DNA from: an uncultured Elusimicrobia bacterium
GTDB taxonomy: Bacteria; Elusimicrobiota; Elusimicrobia; UBA1565; UBA9628
Direction of reading: 5' to 3'
Length of the DNA: 57,945 bases
Assembly: GCA_964529095.1 (NCBI GenBank)
Contig: CAZGVK010000093.1
Span: 1 to 57,945 of the forward strand
Shown here: piece by piece, positions 54,381 to 57,945 of the stretch
How the letters are laid out: every line of letters starts with the position of its first letter
How positions within the stretch are numbered: the stretch's first letter is position 1
Notes under the pieces: model-generated
What the model was told of the DNA's origin: nothing
Seen by the model: the letters and a program-made list of their open reading frames with translations, nothing else
The model's database searches: none
Translations under genes and position numbers: made by a program

Positions 54381-54950
54381 TTAGTTGAAGAATCTTAGAA
54401 CAGCCTCGGTATCCAATACGGAGGCGAATTCGCCGTGCAATTCCGTCAAGCCGACCAGGTGCATAACTTCCACGGGATAAATCTTTCCATCGGGACCCTT
54501 CATGTCGAAGGTGGCCGTCGCGTCCGAAACGACATATGCTTCAAAGCCCAGGTTCCCGGCCATGCGCACAGTGGTCGAAACGCAGTGGTTCGTGTTGATT
54601 CCGGCCACCACGAGGGTCCTGATGCCTGCCTGACGAAGCTGTTGTTCAAGATCCGTCCCGATAAAAGAGCTGTTCACTGACTTTTGAGTGACAGCCTCGT
54701 CCGGCCAAGGCTTCGCAGCAGGCTTGAAGTCGTTGCCTTCTTGGCCGGGACGAAGTGGAGAGCGAGGATTTGTCGACATATGCTGGACATGATAGACATG
54801 GCGTTTGGCGTGACGCCAATCGGCAAGCAGTCTCGCAATGTTGCTCTCGGCCTGGGGATTGTTGCGCTGCCCCCAGACTGGATCATCGAAACCTTTCTGC
54901 ATGTCGATGACAATCAGCGCGGTCTTTTGCGAAAATTTTTCTGTTGTCAT
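54381..54950 (-). CDS. Isochorismatase-family cysteine hydrolase
   Basis: Start at MTTEKF, preceded by AGGAGA. ALIVIDMQ, and a catalytic Cys in NTNHCVSTT. Confidence 0.8.
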   Translation of the reverse strand: MTTEKFSQKTALIVIDMQKGFDDPVWGQRNNPQAESNIARLLADWRHAKRHVYHVQHMSTNPRSPLRPGQEGNDFKPAAKPWPDEAVTQKSVNSSFIGTDLEQQLRQAGIRTLVVAGINTNHCVSTTVRMAGNLGFEAYVVSDATATFDMKGPDGKIYPVEVMHLVGLTELHGEFASVLDTEAVLRFFN

Positions 54951-55039
54951 GGTTGGTCTCCTACGAGCCATTATAGAGCTTTGGATAGGTCTCTGAAAAA
55001 TGGTATGTTTTCAACAGTATTGATGAGAATAATTCAATA

Positions 55040-55936
55040 ATGAAATTGGATCAGCTCAGGTACTTTCTGGAGACGGCGCGTCAGGGGCACGTAGGCAAGG
55101 CCTCCGGCATCCTCTCCATCAGCCCCAGTGCAATTAGTCACAGCATTGCTTCCCTGGAGAAAGAGCTTGGCCGAGAGCTTTTTCTCAAGCAAGGCAAGAA
55201 CATCGTCTTAACGAGCCACGGCCGCCTCTTAATGGAAAGGGCGCGAGGCCTTCTTGAAGCGGTCGAGTCCGTGCGGGAAGAGGTGGCGTCGGACCAAGTG
55301 GAACTGCAAGGCCATTACCGCATGGCCGCCACCCATGTGTTGAGCTCGAAATTCTTGACCCCCGCCTGGAGCCGCTTGCAAAAGGGGAATCCTCGTCTGA
55401 CGGCTGAGATATATTCACTGCGTTCCGCCGAAGTGGTTTCGCAAGTGGCCTCCGCAAAACTAGATTTCGGCCTTTGCATAAATCCCCAGCCTCATCCGGC
55501 ATTGATTGCTCAAAAGATCTACGACGGACAGATGGTTGTAACTGTTGGCCGGAACCACCCTTTGCGCAAGATCGAGAAATCGAAGGCCCTTCGGGCACTT
55601 TCCAGTTATCCTGCCGCTCTTCCCAAAGCTTTCCAGGGCGTAGACAATTGCGAATCCCATCCTATTTTCGGCAAGTTCGGAATCGTTCCAGATATACGAT
55701 TTATCTTTGACAACTACGACGTGGCGGTCGAGCACTTGTTGAGCTCTCGATCTTGGGCTCTTCTCCCGTGTTGGATCGTGCGTTCCAACCGTGACAAGAT
55801 CGCGTGGATACTCCCCAAAGGATGGGAAGCGCCAGTCTTTGCCTCGGCGCTATGGCCGAAGAGTCGACCGATGACAAAGGTTTTTCAAAGATTGATCGCC
55901 CATCTCAAGGACCGGTTTAAGGCGTTGCCTGTATGA
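55040..55936 (+). CDS. LysR-family transcriptional regulator
   Basis: 298 aa. The N-terminal wHTH is LDQLRYFLETARQGHVGKASGILSISPSAISHSIASLE. It is divergent from the hydrolase gene. Confidence 0.9.
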   Translation: MKLDQLRYFLETARQGHVGKASGILSISPSAISHSIASLEKELGRELFLKQGKNIVLTSHGRLLMERARGLLEAVESVREEVASDQVELQGHYRMAATHVLSSKFLTPAWSRLQKGNPRLTAEIYSLRSAEVVSQVASAKLDFGLCINPQPHPALIAQKIYDGQMVVTVGRNHPLRKIEKSKALRALSSYPAALPKAFQGVDNCESHPIFGKFGIVPDIRFIFDNYDVAVEHLLSSRSWALLPCWIVRSNRDKIAWILPKGWEAPVFASALWPKSRPMTKVFQRLIAHLKDRFKALPV

Positions 55937-56051
55937 CGCATAGGAAGGATCAATGTCGAGGTGTACAATAGGAGACACCCAAGACGGGTGCTTGCTTGCC
56001 GGGCTGGACCGAAGGTAGTGTGTCACTGCCCATGAGGCAGGAGGCCACACG

Positions 56052-56357
56052 ATGGTCAGCAAGCGCAAGAAGTCAGAGATCAAGTTCCCCGAGGACGTCC
56101 TGAAGCTGCCGTTCCCCGTATTCACAATAGATATTCCCATCAAATGGAAGCGGATCGCCAACGGTGAGCCGGTCATCGTTGAGACCGGACCAGCCGAGAT
56201 CATGGTGGATGGATCGGATGTCGAAGCCCTGTTAAAGAAGTACGAGAAAATGGGCGTGGCTCTTTACCGCGAGCAGTTGCCAAAATCGAAGCAACGCAGT
56301 AAGCGTCCCGGTAACAAAAGTTTAAATCCCGCCGTCTTAGCCCAACTTCCGCAGTAA
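56052..56357 (+). CDS. Hypothetical protein
   Basis: 101 aa with AGGAGG 7 nt before the ATG. No family recognised. Confidence 0.45.
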   Translation: MVSKRKKSEIKFPEDVLKLPFPVFTIDIPIKWKRIANGEPVIVETGPAEIMVDGSDVEALLKKYEKMGVALYREQLPKSKQRSKRPGNKSLNPAVLAQLPQ

Positions 56358-56638
56358 ACTTTGTAAGTAATTCCAGGGCACAATGACTCAACATTCGTTC
56401 CCGCAGCGGAGAGCGCAGCGCCAAAATCAGTTTCCGTCAAGGCCGGTCCCGGAGGTCCGGTCCTAGAGGAAAGTCCCCAATCGAGAGCCTTCCCTTCCCC
56501 GCATGAGGCCATGGCCCCCTGCGGAACTCGTCCTAATGAATGCCGGGCAACAAGGCCCCTACGGTCCGCACATGAGCTTTCGCGCGTAGTTGGCCGTTTA
56601 TTCTTCCGCCGATGGTTGGTCTACGCCATCGCAAGCAT

Positions 56639-56985
56639 CTATGGCGGGATCGATCTGCGAGTCCTCGCCGCCATAGGGAGACGGCGGGCCGCGCGCGGGC
56701 TTGGGCCGGGACCCTTCGGGCCCGGCACAGACGCGGCTGAGGAAATCCTGAGAGCGTCTAGTCTTGGAAACTCGGTGGGCAGGCCCAGATGCGCGAGCAA
56801 TCGGGTCAGCTCGATGCGCCTGAGAATTCGCCGCCGCAGCGTCTGGCTTAACAAGGCTCGGGCTCGAGCGTAGGCGCGGACGCGGGATGGAACTTGAGCG
56901 CTGAGCCTGGGAACTCGAAGACCCCGTTGGAGACGACCGCGTGCACATGAACATCCAGCACTCTCCCCGACTCAGATACAGTAGA
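56639..56985 (-). pseudogene. IS91/ISCR-like transposase remnants (middle and C-terminal pieces in different frames)
   Basis: VLDVHVHAVVSNGVFEF..KFHPASAPT resembles the HUH-region block of Y2 rolling-circle transposases. A second frame gives RIELTRLLAHLGLPTEFPR, like their C-terminal ...HLG.PT..P tail. Most of the gene is missing. Confidence 0.45.
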
Positions 56986-57450
56986 TCATTTATAAAAAAA
57001 GCTGTCGATAGCGACGGGGGCATCAAGATCATTGCGTAAGGGCGACACATGCAGGCTCAAGCAGGCCGTTTTGCCGGAAATGGAACTGCGGACTTGCGCC
57101 GTCGTATTGTTCGTGGAACTGCAAGCATTCTCCAAAGCTCTGAAATGGGTCCTCCCCAGATAGGATTTATCTCCCTTTACTAATTTAAAAAAAACGTTGT
57201 AGGCCCTGTCATCCTGCACCCCTAACAGTCTGAATGGCGAATAATTCCACACCGTGTTCATTATGTCGCCCCAAGTCTCCATAGTGAGCGAATTCTCATC
57301 CAATTTAAAATCCGCCTCCGCAGCTATTTTGCCAATAGTGGTTTTAAGATAACTCATTTCATCGGCCGTCGACACCGGTCTGGCTTCGGCGGGCGCAACG
57401 AGTAGGCCAATCAGAACCGCAGCCGCAATCATCCTGGTCACGCTCTTCAT
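56986..57450 (-). CDS. Hypothetical secreted protein
   Basis: Start at MKSVTRMIAAAVLIGLLVAPAEA, preceded by AGGAGG. Visibly AT-richer than its flanks. No family recognised. Confidence 0.5.
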   Translation of the reverse strand: MKSVTRMIAAAVLIGLLVAPAEARPVSTADEMSYLKTTIGKIAAEADFKLDENSLTMETWGDIMNTVWNYSPFRLLGVQDDRAYNVFFKLVKGDKSYLGRTHFRALENACSSTNNTTAQVRSSISGKTACLSLHVSPLRNDLDAPVAIDSFFYK

Positions 57451-57538
57451 GGGGAATGCCTCCTGGCGCTTCAAATGTAGCCCCCATCTTCATTTTTGTC
57501 AAGGCCCCGACTTTCCCTGTCAATCGAAAGTTAAAATG

Positions 57539-57829
57539 TCAGGTCCAAACGAAAGTAAGTTGGGGTAGCGCATGACACCGAAGCGTGGAATGTGACCGGG
57601 CCATATGGCGAGAAATGTCGCTTCCCAATCCGTTGAAAAGCGACCCGCACTCAAGAACAGCCCGCAGCGAATCGGTGGCGCAAGAACTGGGCGCGGGATC
57701 GGGGCCTTGCCCCCTCTGGGCAAGCAGCCTCTCCAGGTGGTTAAGGATCACCCGGTAAAGCGGGCTCTCAGCCGCGCGCCGGGGCTGGTAAGCGCGGCTT
57801 GTCGCAAGGACGGCAGGAGATGGGCTCAC
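57539..57829 (-). pseudogene. IS91-like transposase N-terminal (zinc-binding domain) remnant
   Basis: YQPRRAAESPLYRVILNHLERLLAQ...LRAVLECGSLFNG matches the start of IS91-family transposases. The following Cys-rich part is lost or frameshifted. Confidence 0.4.
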
Positions 57830-57945
57830 TCATATTTCATACGAGTGAGCCCTCGTTAATGTTCCATTCTCCTCGACGATTTCCAACTCGTGCGGCGCAG
57901 ATCCCGTCGTGCGGTTCGAGAAGGGTGCCGACCGCCTCGCGGTCT

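Noticed and set aside
1-57945. CRISPR arrays, tRNA or rRNA genes, reverse transcriptase/retron or DGR repeats, prophage structural genes.
   Set aside because: I found no regularly spaced short direct repeats, no cloverleaf-compatible 70-90 nt segments in the intergenic regions I read, and no RT or phage signatures in any long ORF. A dedicated scan (tRNAscan-SE, a CRISPR finder) would be needed to be certain.

Overview
This is a high-GC chromosomal segment from a diderm bacterium; the Tol-Pal genes, PBP1A and a type-A RNase P RNA support that, but the taxon cannot be assigned from sequence alone. Most of the window is housekeeping: gatB, hemB-hemL-alr, fumC, trpD-trpC, an rnpB RNA gene, pal-ybgF-tolB, polyamine genes, and a long minus-strand polysaccharide operon (about 29.5-38.7 kb).

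Five things stand out:
1. A 2.5 kb AT-richer insert splits the polysaccharide operon. It is bounded by 71-bp direct repeats and built from attC-like sites separating toxin-antitoxin cassettes. It looks like an integrase-less integron cassette array.
2. A non-coding intergenic repeat of about 105 nt has the head GGTTGGCGCAA. It occurs in at least three full copies and one head-only copy, mostly abutting stop codons.
3. One 894-aa ORF fuses malate synthase to isocitrate lyase.
4. One ORF fuses a receiver domain to a dPGM-type phosphoglycerate mutase.
5. Several decayed genes are present: wecB with an internal deletion, a DUF4143 ATPase stub, a frameshifted DUF5615 gene, and fragments of an IS91-like transposase.

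All protein calls come from motif recognition by eye. No database search was run, and start codons were chosen by hand.
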